Shown here piece by piece: positions 18,655 to 29,564 of a stretch of 64,000 bases of DNA (its first letter is position 1; each line of letters opens with the position of its first letter). Source of the stretch: a virus. Its lineage: Duplodnaviria > Caudoviricetes. Location of the stretch: IMG/VR virus record IMGVR_UViG_3300029305_011823, one strand, 5' to 3'. Made by a program: the position numbers and the translations under genes. Below the pieces are notes generated by a model. It saw nothing but the letters and a program-made list of their open reading frames with translations. It searched no databases and was not told the DNA's origin.

Positions 18655-21269
18655 TAAGGTCTGAATAACATATTCCCAAATTTAAAGTTCTCTATATCTA
18701 TATCTCCAGTTAATATTAAATCAACAGCTTCATTATCAAATACGTTATTATGACTAATTAAGAATATTTGCTCACTTCCTGTTTGTCTTATGAATTCATA
18801 TAATACTTTTATAAACTGTTCTCTATTCTTTGTATCCAACGGTCCATCTAATTCATCTAAACATATTATATCATATTTTGTCATACTTTGTATTATTAAA
18901 GATAAGCTTAATACTATGGAAATGAAACTAGATTCTCCTTGACTTGCAAATGCTATATCAGGAACTCTTATACCTGCTTTATTAAATGGTATTCTAAATT
19001 CATTCTCATCTATTAAGAATCCTTCTATTTGAAGTTCTCCGTTATAAATTGTATCTAATAAGTTATTCATCATTATTGGACAGTTTTTAAGATATACTTG
19101 TAAGAATATTAATGGAATACCTTTAGAAGCATTTAATGAATCTCTGATAATGTCTGCATCTTCAAATAATAATTTTAAAGCATTATGTTCAGTTACTAGA
19201 TTATTATATGTTTCTTTACTAAATACTAATTGGTTAGCCTTAGCAGTTAGTTTAGTTATAAATTCATTTACTTTCATCAATTCGTTTCTATTAGAATTCA
19301 TTGTGTTGAGACAACGATTCTTTTCAATTTTTAAATTGTTTATTTCTTCTATTCTTGCTTTAAGTTCTTCATAACGTTTATTCATTTCTTCCATTGATTC
19401 TCTCAAAGCTAAAGCTTTTAATAATTCAGCAGTTTGCTTTTCATTATTAGCTATTTCTTCTTCAACTTCGTCTCTCAATATTGTATTATCTCGTATTATA
19501 GCATCTCTTTCATTTATCTTATCATTTATATCTAATATTTTATTTTCTATTTCTATCATATCTAAACCTGATGATTTGATTAAATCATATTCAGTTTCAA
19601 ATTTTTCTAAATCTTTTTTATATTTCTCTAACAACTCAAATTTTTCAGAATCGTCTATTGCTAAATTTAATAAATTGCTATTAACGACAGGTTTGTTCAT
19701 TATATAATTCTCAAAGCAACTTGCATAGTTATATTCTATAGGTATTTGGAATTCATGTTCATAAGATTCAATATGATTCTTTATGAATACTAAATTATTA
19801 TAAAGATTATATAGTTCTTCATATCTAAGAATCTCTTTATTGATAGCATTTCTTTCTTCTATATATTTATTAAGATTATTTTTCTTACCTATAGTTTGTA
19901 AATAAAATTGTTTATAAGGACAATCTTCTGTACAACTATCATCACCTAAATCTATGTCAAATTCTAAATTCATATTCTCTATATTAATAATATCAGCATT
20001 AAGTTTATCATAAATAGATTTATTTTTATTATTTATATCTTCCATTCTTTTTAATATATCATCATTATCTAACAAGCTTTCCATTAATCGTTTTATATCA
20101 GAATCTTTATATATTTCTAAATCTCTTACATAATCCATCGTCTTTTGACAATGGTCTTTTAATAATAAGAGAACTGTTTTGTCATATCTATTTCTATTCT
20201 CTAATTCTTTTTCTAATCTAACTATATTAACTTTATATTCGTTTATAGTTGATTTAAGATTACTTATTCTTTCAGCCGAAGCTGCTCTTTTCATAGTTTC
20301 TTCTAAATCTTGTTTTTGGTTATAATATATATCTCTTTCAGATATTGCTTTATCTATATTACTCTTATATCCTAATAAAGCTAATTCTAATTGTTGTTTA
20401 TTAGTTTCACACAACAATTCATATTCTGCTTTAGACATATTGATATCTGCTACTAATGCTAGAAGGGTGTTAGCCGAATTTAATTCTGATTCTAAAGATT
20501 TAAATGTTTCATAGACTAACTCCTCATCATCTATCTTTATATCATGTATTTTATTTTCCATAGTTGTAATTTCTCTTTGCAATCTTTCTTTTTCTATTGT
20601 ATATAATTCAACTTCATGTTGTGTTACTTCTATCTGCTTATCAAATTCAGCCTCATCTTGAATATTAAATTTACTTATTTTATCTGCTGTGCTTTTCATA
20701 ACTGCTCTAATATTTCTATATTCTTCTGAAACTTTCTTATAGAACCCATTATATACTTCTATATCAGAAAATAGTTTAGTTGCAAAATTCTTTCTATTAG
20801 TTGATTTCATGTTAATAAGACTTGTTACATTACTTCCTAATCTCATCAGTTTTAATAATTCATGGTCTATTCCTAACTGTTCGTTTATAGCTTCTTTAAA
20901 TGATTTAACGTTACCATTAGGATTTAATTCTACTCCATTTTTAGTTACAAAAGATTTAACAGATTTAGTTTTCTTAGAAAATAGATAGTGATGTTTAATA
21001 ACGTATTTATCTTCTCCATCTTCTATATGAACTTCTTTATATCCGTCTTTACCCTCTATAATAAGATTGGTTTCTCCTCTAACATCCATATTACCACTAT
21101 TGGCAAATGGATGTAATTCTGATAATAAACTTGTTTTACCTGTCCCATTAGGTCCACATAATAATATTAGATTATTTTTACTATTGCTTAAATCTATCTC
21201 AACTTTTGTCTTTTTCATTCCAGCTTTAATATTAACAAAGTTTTCTAATTTTAAATATGTTATTTTCAT
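18654..21269 (-). CDS. sbcC: SbcC/Rad50-like SMC ATPase
   Basis: Walker A GPNGTGKT, long coiled coil with central C..C (CTEDCP), signature SQGE, Walker B LDELDG, ISH. Confidence 0.9.
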   Translation of the reverse strand: MKITYLKLENFVNIKAGMKKTKVEIDLSNSKNNLILLCGPNGTGKTSLLSELHPFANSGNMDVRGETNLIIEGKDGYKEVHIEDGEDKYVIKHHYLFSKKTKSVKSFVTKNGVELNPNGNVKSFKEAINEQLGIDHELLKLMRLGSNVTSLINMKSTNRKNFATKLFSDIEVYNGFYKKVSEEYRNIRAVMKSTADKISKFNIQDEAEFDKQIEVTQHEVELYTIEKERLQREITTMENKIHDIKIDDEELVYETFKSLESELNSANTLLALVADINMSKAEYELLCETNKQQLELALLGYKSNIDKAISERDIYYNQKQDLEETMKRAASAERISNLKSTINEYKVNIVRLEKELENRNRYDKTVLLLLKDHCQKTMDYVRDLEIYKDSDIKRLMESLLDNDDILKRMEDINNKNKSIYDKLNADIINIENMNLEFDIDLGDDSCTEDCPYKQFYLQTIGKKNNLNKYIEERNAINKEILRYEELYNLYNNLVFIKNHIESYEHEFQIPIEYNYASCFENYIMNKPVVNSNLLNLAIDDSEKFELLEKYKKDLEKFETEYDLIKSSGLDMIEIENKILDINDKINERDAIIRDNTILRDEVEEEIANNEKQTAELLKALALRESMEEMNKRYEELKARIEEINNLKIEKNRCLNTMNSNRNELMKVNEFITKLTAKANQLVFSKETYNNLVTEHNALKLLFEDADIIRDSLNASKGIPLIFLQVYLKNCPIMMNNLLDTIYNGELQIEGFLIDENEFRIPFNKAGIRVPDIAFASQGESSFISIVLSLSLIIQSMTKYDIICLDELDGPLDTKNREQFIKVLYEFIRQTGSEQIFLISHNNVFDNEAVDLILTGDIDIENFKFGNMLFRP

Positions 21270-21333
21270 ATATCAAACCTCCTAAAAATAAAAGATATAC
21301 TCCAACCATATAATGGTTGGAGTATTGTTTGTT

Positions 21334-22263
21334 TTATATTGAAATAACAAATACTGTATTTCCTCTTTCTTTAACTTCGTTATAGCATTCACTTAATTTT
21401 ATTTCTACTGTTTTATAATGAACTCTATATTTTTCATCTGCTTTACCGTCACGTTTTTCATATTCTATAGATGATGATTTTAATGATTTTACAACATCAC
21501 TATCCATGATTATAGTTTGACCGTTAGCACAATCTATTATAACATTATTTTCATATTGATAAATTCTTGTAGCTTCTATTTTTAATGTAGCATCACAAGA
21601 ATCTAATATATCTTCTTCCATTTCATCAATTTGTCTAGTTATCATTTCAACTGAAGCGAAATCTGATTCATTTACATATTTTTCTCTTCTTGCTTCAAGT
21701 TCTTTTAATTTTTCATTAAAACCAGACATACATCGTAGTTCAGTTACATCTGAAACTTCAGATATAAATGCATGTTCTAATACGACAGTTAATGTTTTAA
21801 CTTGTGCAGATTCTACATCTTCTAAATCTATTATGTTACATTCAGCATCCATATATGGTGGCATATATGGTATTATTGACCTTCCATCATTACGTTTCAT
21901 TTCATTTTCAATATCTCTTTTTAATAAATCATCTAATAATTTTGTATATTCGTCAACTAAATCTATATCTTCGTTAGCCTTATTATCTTCATCCATTTTC
22001 TGAAGCATTTCACGTACAGTTTCAGCATCTTCTTGAGCTAGGATCACAGAAACCACCAATCCTATAATTTGAGGATCGTTACTTTCTATATCATAAGTTT
22101 CTCTAAGACTAGTTGCTGTTTCCATCATAACTACATTACGTTTATCTCCTTTTTTATGGATTACAATAACTTCATCTCTTAAGAAATCTAATCTACTATT
22201 CAATAATACATTTGCAGATAACCCCATAACTGTATCTTGTTTATTCCATATAAAGAAATCCAT
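21334..22263 (-). CDS. hypothetical protein
   Basis: ~309-aa ORF with RBS. Confidence 0.8.
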   Translation of the reverse strand: MDFFIWNKQDTVMGLSANVLLNSRLDFLRDEVIVIHKKGDKRNVVMMETATSLRETYDIESNDPQIIGLVVSVILAQEDAETVREMLQKMDEDNKANEDIDLVDEYTKLLDDLLKRDIENEMKRNDGRSIIPYMPPYMDAECNIIDLEDVESAQVKTLTVVLEHAFISEVSDVTELRCMSGFNEKLKELEARREKYVNESDFASVEMITRQIDEMEEDILDSCDATLKIEATRIYQYENNVIIDCANGQTIIMDSDVVKSLKSSSIEYEKRDGKADEKYRVHYKTVEIKLSECYNEVKERGNTVFVISI

Positions 22264-22318
22264 AACCAATTACCTCCAATTTTTTATTTATTTTTCTATC
22301 ATATTGTATATCTATTTA

Positions 22319-22594
22319 TTATTTTTCAATTAACGGGTAGAATTCATCTTCTTGGTCTTTACTAAATGCAAGATGAACAATGAACTCAATATTCTCATAA
22401 ATATGATTTGAAAAATCTGCCATTTTTGATGGATTTGCTACAAGAAAAGATCCGAATCCCTTGGAGGAATTCAGACTTAATATAACTCCTTCAAGGTTTT
22501 CGTATCCTTCTTCTTTAAACACTTCATATGCAATTAACAGGTCTTCTGTTAAGTTTTTCTTTATTCCTTCATATAAGCACTCATTTATCTTCAT
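22319..22594 (-). CDS. hypothetical protein
   Basis: 91 aa; TAATG translational coupling to the upstream gene. Confidence 0.7.
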   Translation of the reverse strand: MKINECLYEGIKKNLTEDLLIAYEVFKEEGYENLEGVILSLNSSKGFGSFLVANPSKMADFSNHIYENIEFIVHLAFSKDQEDEFYPLIEK

Positions 22595-23340
22595 TATTCA
22601 TCGTCTCCTTCATTATCTTCTTCATTTTCGAAATCGTCATTTTCTATATATTCGTAATCTTCATTCCATTCAACATTAAAGCCATCTTTACTGTTATATG
22701 AAAATATCTTTCCACAAGGTTCTTCTGATTCTTCTGCATCTTTACATACTATCTCAATATCCATTCCTAAAACACTTAACCACTTAAATAAATTACTTGT
22801 TGTTAAAGAACCTCTTTTACCATCTGCTGAAGATTTAACTTCTAACGCAGCTTTTAAGTTTGTTAAGAAATGTGCTTTTGTAAATAGATGCTTGTATTGT
22901 TTTAAATCTATCTTCTTCTCATGTAACATAAGTTTTACAAGATGTTTGAAACAATCATCGTTAGTTGGATCCAATTCTGGTAAATATATATCTGATGATT
23001 GTGTTATCTGTTTCATTATCTTACGTTTAAGATTTGGGTCTACCTGTTCTGCTTGTTTAATTATTGATTGAATTGAATCGTCTTTAATTCTTTCAAATGC
23101 AAACTTTTCACTTTCTTCAGGATCTAATGAGAAATATACATTTCCTTTCTTATCTGTAAATATACCATTTTTAAATTTCTTTTGTCTTGATATATCTCCT
23201 CTATAGATATATACAAACCCATCTCTTAAATATCCTGTATTCTTTTCTAAACTAATACCTTTATAATAAGGTACTACTGAATAAATGTTTTCATCACCTT
23301 CTATTGCTATTATACAATTTCCATATCCATAATTTATCAT
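22594..23340 (-). CDS. hypothetical protein, possible C-terminal HTH
   Basis: LTNLKAAL...SLTTSNLFKWLSVLGMDIEI resembles XRE-type helices. Confidence 0.6.
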   Translation of the reverse strand: MINYGYGNCIIAIEGDENIYSVVPYYKGISLEKNTGYLRDGFVYIYRGDISRQKKFKNGIFTDKKGNVYFSLDPEESEKFAFERIKDDSIQSIIKQAEQVDPNLKRKIMKQITQSSDIYLPELDPTNDDCFKHLVKLMLHEKKIDLKQYKHLFTKAHFLTNLKAALEVKSSADGKRGSLTTSNLFKWLSVLGMDIEIVCKDAEESEEPCGKIFSYNSKDGFNVEWNEDYEYIENDDFENEEDNEGDDE

Positions 23341-23372
23341 ATAATCTTACCTCCTATAATTATATTCATTTA

Positions 23373-23406
23373 CATAATATATAATTAAAAGTTATTGTTT
23401 TTACAC
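23373..23406 (-). promoter_or_regulatory. early-type promoter motif
   Basis: GTGTAAAAAC...TTTTAATTATATATTATG. Confidence 0.65.
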
Positions 23407-23449
23407 TAAAAATAAAAAGCCTATGAGAATAATCCCATAGGCTATTAAA

Positions 23450-25225
23450 TTATTCAGCATCTGCTGTTTCAGGATATAATATTTCTTCTATTTCAGCTCC
23501 TGTCATTTCTTCTTTTTCTTTTAACACATCTGCAAATTCTCTCATTTTTTCTTTGTTTTCTACAACCATTTTTATAACATCTTCATAACACTTGTCTAAT
23601 ATTTTATTTTTGTATTCTTGTATTAGACCTATAACCATTGGGTTATTTAAATTGAATGTTGATAATCCTAATTCAGCTACAAGACCGTAATTACATATCA
23701 TAGCTTCAACTACACTATTTGCTTTTTCTAGGTCGTTTGCAGCTCCTGTTGTTACATCTCCAAAGAATACTTCTTCAGCAGCTCTACCTGCTAAGCTAAC
23801 TCTTATTCTATTCATTAATTCTTCTTTACTTTGTAAGAATTTATCATCTTCTTCTTCGTTTGCATGCATTACAAATCCTAAAGTTGTACCTCTAGGTAAT
23901 ATTGATATCTTTTTAGTTTTGTTAACTTTATATATTTCATTAGCAAATAGGTGACCTGTTTCATGTATTGAAACTATGTCTTTTTCTTTTTCACCTAATC
24001 TCTTAGTTTCTGATTTAGCACCACATACCATTTCTTCAAATGCTTTATCAAAATCTTCTGCTTCTATTACATCTTTTCCAGCTTTTAAAGCTTTACGTGC
24101 AGCTTCATTTGCAACAACTGCCATATCTGCACAGTTCATACCACTCATGTTTCTTGCTATCTTTTCAAAATCTACATCTTCTGCTAATGGTCTACCTTTA
24201 GAGTTTATCTCTAATATACCTTTTCTGCAATCAAAATCTGGTAATGAAACTTCTATTTTAAAATCACAACGTCCAGATCTTAAGAATGCTGGGTCTAATA
24301 GATCAAGCATGTTTGTAGCAAATATCATTATAACATTATCATTTTCTGGTGATGCCATTTGAACTAGAAGTTCATTTAATGTTGCATTTCTTTCTTTATT
24401 GTTTTCTGAACCATCTCTTTTAGCAGCTATTGAATCAACCTCATCTATATATATTATTGATAAAGGATGTTTTCTAGCTTCTTCGAATTTGGTTCTTATT
24501 GTCTTACCTGATTCACCTAGGTACTTACTTATTATATCTGCAGAAGATAATGGGAAGAATTTTGCATCTATCTCATTAGCAAATGCTTCAGATATATAAG
24601 ATTTTCCTGTACCTGATGGACCGTATAATAATATACCTTTTATAGGTTTTATATTCCATGCTTTATATTTTTCAGCATTTTTAAATTGATCTATAACATC
24701 TCTTAATTTATCTTTTACTTCATGCATACCTACAACATCATCAAATGTTAATGTTGTTCTCTTAGCTTCTTCTTTCTTAGGTTCTTCTTTCTTTTTAGAA
24801 CCTAACATAAAATTATCCATTCCTAACATATCTGGAACATCTCCTTTCATACCTAATATCGGTGGGAATATTTGTTCGAATTGCATACCAAATATATCAT
24901 TTGGTTTTTTGTTGAATGTTAATTTTTCTGAAACTGTATCCTCTAAATATTCTAGGTAAAACATGAATGGTGGAGTTTCTAACATAGCCATAGACACTCT
25001 AACCAATTCTACATCGTTTTCTATATTTCCAGCTTTAAATACATCATCTAAAGACTTGAGAACCTTGTCTAAATTTTCTGCAGTTGTTTTATGAGTTTTG
25101 GCAAATTCATCATATGCTTCTGTGTAAGATATTATCGCTCCTACTTGCTCAACACAATTTACTTTAGCTAATCTTGTGTCCGCATCAACATATACATTAA
25201 AAGATAATTTGTTATTTTTACTCAT
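23450..25225 (-). CDS. ftsH: FtsH-like AAA+ zinc metalloprotease (no visible TM anchor)
   Basis: GPSGTGKS, IYIDEVD, SRH LDPAFLRSGRCD, M41 HETGH, LAGRAAEE, TTGAANDL. Confidence 0.9.
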   Translation of the reverse strand: MSKNNKLSFNVYVDADTRLAKVNCVEQVGAIISYTEAYDEFAKTHKTTAENLDKVLKSLDDVFKAGNIENDVELVRVSMAMLETPPFMFYLEYLEDTVSEKLTFNKKPNDIFGMQFEQIFPPILGMKGDVPDMLGMDNFMLGSKKKEEPKKEEAKRTTLTFDDVVGMHEVKDKLRDVIDQFKNAEKYKAWNIKPIKGILLYGPSGTGKSYISEAFANEIDAKFFPLSSADIISKYLGESGKTIRTKFEEARKHPLSIIYIDEVDSIAAKRDGSENNKERNATLNELLVQMASPENDNVIMIFATNMLDLLDPAFLRSGRCDFKIEVSLPDFDCRKGILEINSKGRPLAEDVDFEKIARNMSGMNCADMAVVANEAARKALKAGKDVIEAEDFDKAFEEMVCGAKSETKRLGEKEKDIVSIHETGHLFANEIYKVNKTKKISILPRGTTLGFVMHANEEEDDKFLQSKEELMNRIRVSLAGRAAEEVFFGDVTTGAANDLEKANSVVEAMICNYGLVAELGLSTFNLNNPMVIGLIQEYKNKILDKCYEDVIKMVVENKEKMREFADVLKEKEEMTGAEIEEILYPETADAE

Positions 25226-25291
25226 ATAACTACCTCCTAAAAATTTTAATATTTTTTATTTTCTGTTAATATTTTGTTATACTGTTTATTA

Positions 25292-25723
25292 TTATTCAAT
25301 TGAAACTTTAATACACATTTGATCGCATATGTCATTAAATGTATTGAATAATATAACAGGGTTGACTCTTAATAAACTTATCACGTCCTCTATATTATTA
25401 TAATTGTCCTCTTCATTATATAATTCTATTTCGTTTATAATTTTATACAATACTGAATGTAATGTATGTTCATTGAACTGTAAGATATCTATAAAACTTG
25501 TAGAATACTTACTTTCAATTCTAAGATTTGCTTTTGTCTTATGGTGCTTACATAATAGAGCGAATTCTTCAAATGTTAAATTGTTTATGTTATTTTCTTT
25601 TTTCAATCTTTTAGACAATAGGATCAAATATAATTTATCAGCTAATGTAAGTTTTACAAATTTATTAGATTTTTTATTGTTTAATATAACCTTTTTACAT
25701 TGTATTAATTGTTCATGATTCAT
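25292..25723 (-). CDS. hypothetical protein
   Basis: ORF with GGAGG RBS; start adjusted. Confidence 0.7.
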   Translation of the reverse strand: MNHEQLIQCKKVILNNKKSNKFVKLTLADKLYLILLSKRLKKENNINNLTFEEFALLCKHHKTKANLRIESKYSTSFIDILQFNEHTLHSVLYKIINEIELYNEEDNYNNIEDVISLLRVNPVILFNTFNDICDQMCIKVSIE

Positions 25724-25772
25724 ATACATTACCTCCAATATATAAATGATAATAAAAAGGAAACTTATATTG

Positions 25773-26540
25773 TTAATCACATATTTCAACTATATAATCA
25801 TATAATGCTTTATAAACTTTTTCTGGAATTCTATTTTTGTATTGGTCTGCTATTATTTTTATATAACCTTCTTTATACTTTTTGTATGCATTGAAAGCTT
25901 CTATTGGCGTTTTAAATTCACCTAAATGCACTCTTTTTTCTGCACCATTTTCACTGACATTACATCTAGCAATATATTTACCAATATCTTTTCTATAATG
26001 TACTCCTATAGGTAAATCGTTTCGTTGTCTATAATTTCTTATAAATAACTTATTTATTCTTTCAGGTACAAACAAACATGCTTCAGGACTATAAATTTTA
26101 TTACCTTTATATAAAATATCTTTATCTAAACACATCAATTCGTTATTTACTTCATAAAATTCTTTTTCATACCATATACCAAAATTTTGTAAATTATGAA
26201 ATCTTTTATCCACAAAACAATCTACATATGTTAGGTCGTTATTTATTGTATATGGATCATAACATCTTCTAAGCATGTGTTGCCATGTATTATATAATTT
26301 TAAATAATCAATCCTGTTATATTTACCTTCTCCAAACATTCCTACATTATATACGGTTTTGTCATATACGTTTCGTACTTGTCCGATTTTAAAGTTTCTA
26401 TATTCTGTATGAACTTTGTATTTATATTCATCTTGAAATTCTACAATTATATCGTGTGCATTATTATAATAGATAATTTTCATTATTGTACCATATTTAT
26501 TTACATTTAATTCACCAGTTCTATCGTTATACATATCCAT
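25773..26540 (-). CDS. free-standing homing endonuclease (HNH-like with AP2-like C-terminus)
   Basis: W..ML.RCY, LDKDIL..GNKIYSP..C.FVP..IN, LPIGV, HLG.F.T..EAF.AY. Confidence 0.8.
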   Translation of the reverse strand: MDMYNDRTGELNVNKYGTIMKIIYYNNAHDIIVEFQDEYKYKVHTEYRNFKIGQVRNVYDKTVYNVGMFGEGKYNRIDYLKLYNTWQHMLRRCYDPYTINNDLTYVDCFVDKRFHNLQNFGIWYEKEFYEVNNELMCLDKDILYKGNKIYSPEACLFVPERINKLFIRNYRQRNDLPIGVHYRKDIGKYIARCNVSENGAEKRVHLGEFKTPIEAFNAYKKYKEGYIKIIADQYKNRIPEKVYKALYDYIVEICD

Positions 26541-26583
26541 AATAATTTTCTCCTTTATATTATATAGAAAGATAGGTATATAC

Positions 26584-28254
26584 CTATCTTTCTATATCTT
26601 TACTAACTGTTACAGAACAACCTTCAGTTGTACTATAAATGTTATTCATAAGTTCGTAATAATCATCATATGTTTCTATACCAAATTTTTCTATATAATC
26701 ATATTCATTTTTGACGGCTTCTTCTATTATTTTTAATAATTCATATTGTTTACTTTCAGGTTCTTTTTTATCGGAAATATTTAACCCATGTGTTTCTATA
26801 AATGGAGTTAGCACCCCTGTAGCACCAGGATCACTATTACCAACCGTGTTTAAATCTATTCTACCTACAAATGATGGATCTATCCCTCTTTGACATGTTG
26901 CTATTGTTTTTCCTGATGATCCACCTTGTGAATTAGGTCCTTTTATCGTGTAACGTAGTTTACTGAAGAAATCTAAATCGTTTACAGAATCATCAAACTT
27001 GAATAATCCAGAGTTATATAAATTATTAATTAATATATCACCTCTGAATGAGAATAACTCTTCTAACGTATTCAAGTTTCTTGATTGTGGTTTTCTAACT
27101 TTACTCATTATTCTGTATAATGAGTTACTTAATTCTCTTGTCATTAATGATGCTATATATTCATTATCTCTTAATCTCTTGTTAGTTATATCCATTATTC
27201 TTTTACTCTTTAATTCATTATAATTCATAAACATCCATCTTAATGCACTATACATACTATCTTTATGATCTGCTGCTATATTAAGAACTCTTCTTGTTGT
27301 CATATCCATCATACGGTCAACGGATAATAGAAGATTTCTTGCTTTAGCTCTTTTGAAATTTGGTTGTTGAATATTAGGTTGATGACCTAATTTCTCTAAC
27401 CAGAAGTTTGTATCTAACATATCTTTTACTGTCGATCTATTATTGACTGCATCTAATATCATTCCTGTTACAGATTTAACTTCTGTAGATTCATCAAATG
27501 CAAATCTATTAACTTTTACAAATGCTTCTTGACTAATTTTAAAATATATATACTTATCTAAATCATCATCCAATGACGTAGTTAATGATATTACTTTATC
27601 CATGCTAAGATACATTAATCCCTCTTTAAATCCCATCTTAGCAAAGAACAATAACATCATGTTTATCTCATTTTTAAATATCGCTGTAGAATATACAGGA
27701 ATTGTAAATGGATTTCTATCTACATCATGAATTACTTTTGATTTTCTTTTTAATACTATAGGCATTATTGATTTTAATACAACACTATTAGACGTACTAT
27801 ATGTTGTAGAATCAACTAATTGATACATAAGGATATATCTTTTTCCTTTTAACATATAATACCCATCATCATCTGCAACTGGAATAAGAATATTCTTTGA
27901 ATACTTCTTACTAACTACCTTTGTTGTCCCATCTTCTGCTTTTGTATCTATTGATAACTCATAATGAATCGTTAATTCGTTTACTCTAGATTCTGTCATA
28001 TGCATTACTTCAACAGACTCTTCTTGAACTTTCTTTCCATTTTGAGATCTTGTTCTTTGATATTCATTCATCTTGATATCATTAGGCATTTCTTTATATT
28101 CATATGATAAAATACGGACGCTATCAAAAACCTCCAAGGATTTAATTGTTTCATACACATATAAATATAAAGGTTTGTCTAACTCTCTTCTGATTAAAGG
28201 TAAGTTTAATTTATCATCAAAACTTCTACAATAATCCGCAAGCATGGCTTTCAT
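26584..28254 (-). CDS. multisubunit RNA polymerase beta N-terminal subunit (non-virion RNAP)
   Basis: DGYYMLKGKRY..MYQLV; RGIDPSFVGRIDLNTVGNSDPGATGVL parallels RpoB [24 protein letters not shown]. Confidence 0.85.
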   Translation of the reverse strand: MKAMLADYCRSFDDKLNLPLIRRELDKPLYLYVYETIKSLEVFDSVRILSYEYKEMPNDIKMNEYQRTRSQNGKKVQEESVEVMHMTESRVNELTIHYELSIDTKAEDGTTKVVSKKYSKNILIPVADDDGYYMLKGKRYILMYQLVDSTTYSTSNSVVLKSIMPIVLKRKSKVIHDVDRNPFTIPVYSTAIFKNEINMMLLFFAKMGFKEGLMYLSMDKVISLTTSLDDDLDKYIYFKISQEAFVKVNRFAFDESTEVKSVTGMILDAVNNRSTVKDMLDTNFWLEKLGHQPNIQQPNFKRAKARNLLLSVDRMMDMTTRRVLNIAADHKDSMYSALRWMFMNYNELKSKRIMDITNKRLRDNEYIASLMTRELSNSLYRIMSKVRKPQSRNLNTLEELFSFRGDILINNLYNSGLFKFDDSVNDLDFFSKLRYTIKGPNSQGGSSGKTIATCQRGIDPSFVGRIDLNTVGNSDPGATGVLTPFIETHGLNISDKKEPESKQYELLKIIEEAVKNEYDYIEKFGIETYDDYYELMNNIYSTTEGCSVTVSKDIER

Positions 28255-28266
28255 ATTATTACCTCC

Positions 28267-29028
28267 TTATTGATATCTTAATGGTTTATACTCATCATCT
28301 TTACTGTTATCTTTCTCATACTCATCAATCGCTTTATTAATTCTGTCTTCTTGGAACACATCATCCTTTGCAATTAATTTATATTCTGGCATTACATCAG
28401 TTCCCCACATTTTGTCTTCATCTTTATAATTGAAATATAATAGATCGAATAATTTATATGCGTAGTTCTTCTTACCAAAATTTAATCCTAAATCATAAAA
28501 TACTTCTTCTAAGAATATCTCTATGAATATTGACATCATACGTTTATCGTTTAATATTAATCCTATATTACCATATGATATATCACATATTGTATTCAAT
28601 AAATCTGACCATGTCTCATTATACTCTCCAGATTTTACATTTAATATTCTTCCACCATATTCTTCTATAGGAACTTGATGTTTAGAATATTCTTTAAAAT
28701 CCATTTTACTTAATTCACATCCTTTAGGTCCTATTCTGAAATCTGGTAATATATTAGTTGCCTTTTCTGTTTCTTCAAAGTTTAGTTCAACAACTCCAAA
28801 TGTTACTAAATCAAATAAATTTATATAAGCAGCCATATCATTTCCTTCTCTTAATGAGTTTAAATTACCTATTAAACTTTTAAGACATAGAGATGCTAAA
28901 GCAGGTATAACATCTCTACGGATCATACATATTCCATATTCATAACTTAATCTTATAAACGTTTTAGAAGCTATTCTATCTAATGCTTCAGCACATGGAG
29001 CTGTATTAAGGAAATTAATTTTACTCAT
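28267..29028 (-). CDS. hypothetical protein, paralog of 29565-30275; possible tandem HU/IHF-like fold
   Basis: Helix-helix then INLFDLVTF...ILPDFRIGPKG; internally duplicated. Confidence 0.5.
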   Translation of the reverse strand: MSKINFLNTAPCAEALDRIASKTFIRLSYEYGICMIRRDVIPALASLCLKSLIGNLNSLREGNDMAAYINLFDLVTFGVVELNFEETEKATNILPDFRIGPKGCELSKMDFKEYSKHQVPIEEYGGRILNVKSGEYNETWSDLLNTICDISYGNIGLILNDKRMMSIFIEIFLEEVFYDLGLNFGKKNYAYKLFDLLYFNYKDEDKMWGTDVMPEYKLIAKDDVFQEDRINKAIDEYEKDNSKDDEYKPLRYQ

Positions 29029-29047
29029 ATTATCCCTCCAATTCTAA

Positions 29048-29518
29048 TTATTGCATTTCATATACAACATTATTATTACCGTTATTAGATATCATACAAA
29101 TTCCAAATACATCCATTGTTGTTATAAAATCATCTTTAAATATAAAATATGCTATAGTTTCTATAAATGATATTAAAGACGTACCACATAAATCCTTTGG
29201 ATAATCTTCAAATTTTTCTTTAACTTCTTTAATATATTCAACATCTACAAATTCTTTTATATTATATATATCGACATCTTTAGTTTCTTTATTATTAATT
29301 TCTCCATTCTCTACTATTCTCCAAACTATTTTTTCATTTTCAAATAATAGTTCTATTCCACTTACAACTATTCTACAATCATTTTCTTTTAAATAAGGAT
29401 AAATCTTTTTATCTAAAAACAACTGAACTTCTTCAATTGTATCTTTTAGATTATTAACTAACACTCTTGAATTATCATATAATCTAAATCTAAAATATTC
29501 TTTTATATCATTTATCAT
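29048..29518 (-). CDS. hypothetical protein
   Basis: 156-aa ORF with GGAGG RBS. Confidence 0.75.
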   Translation of the reverse strand: MINDIKEYFRFRLYDNSRVLVNNLKDTIEEVQLFLDKKIYPYLKENDCRIVVSGIELLFENEKIVWRIVENGEINNKETKDVDIYNIKEFVDVEYIKEVKEKFEDYPKDLCGTSLISFIETIAYFIFKDDFITTMDVFGICMISNNGNNNVVYEMQ

Positions 29519-29564
29519 AATCTTACCTCCTTAAAATTTAAAATCAAAATAAGAGATTTCTCTC

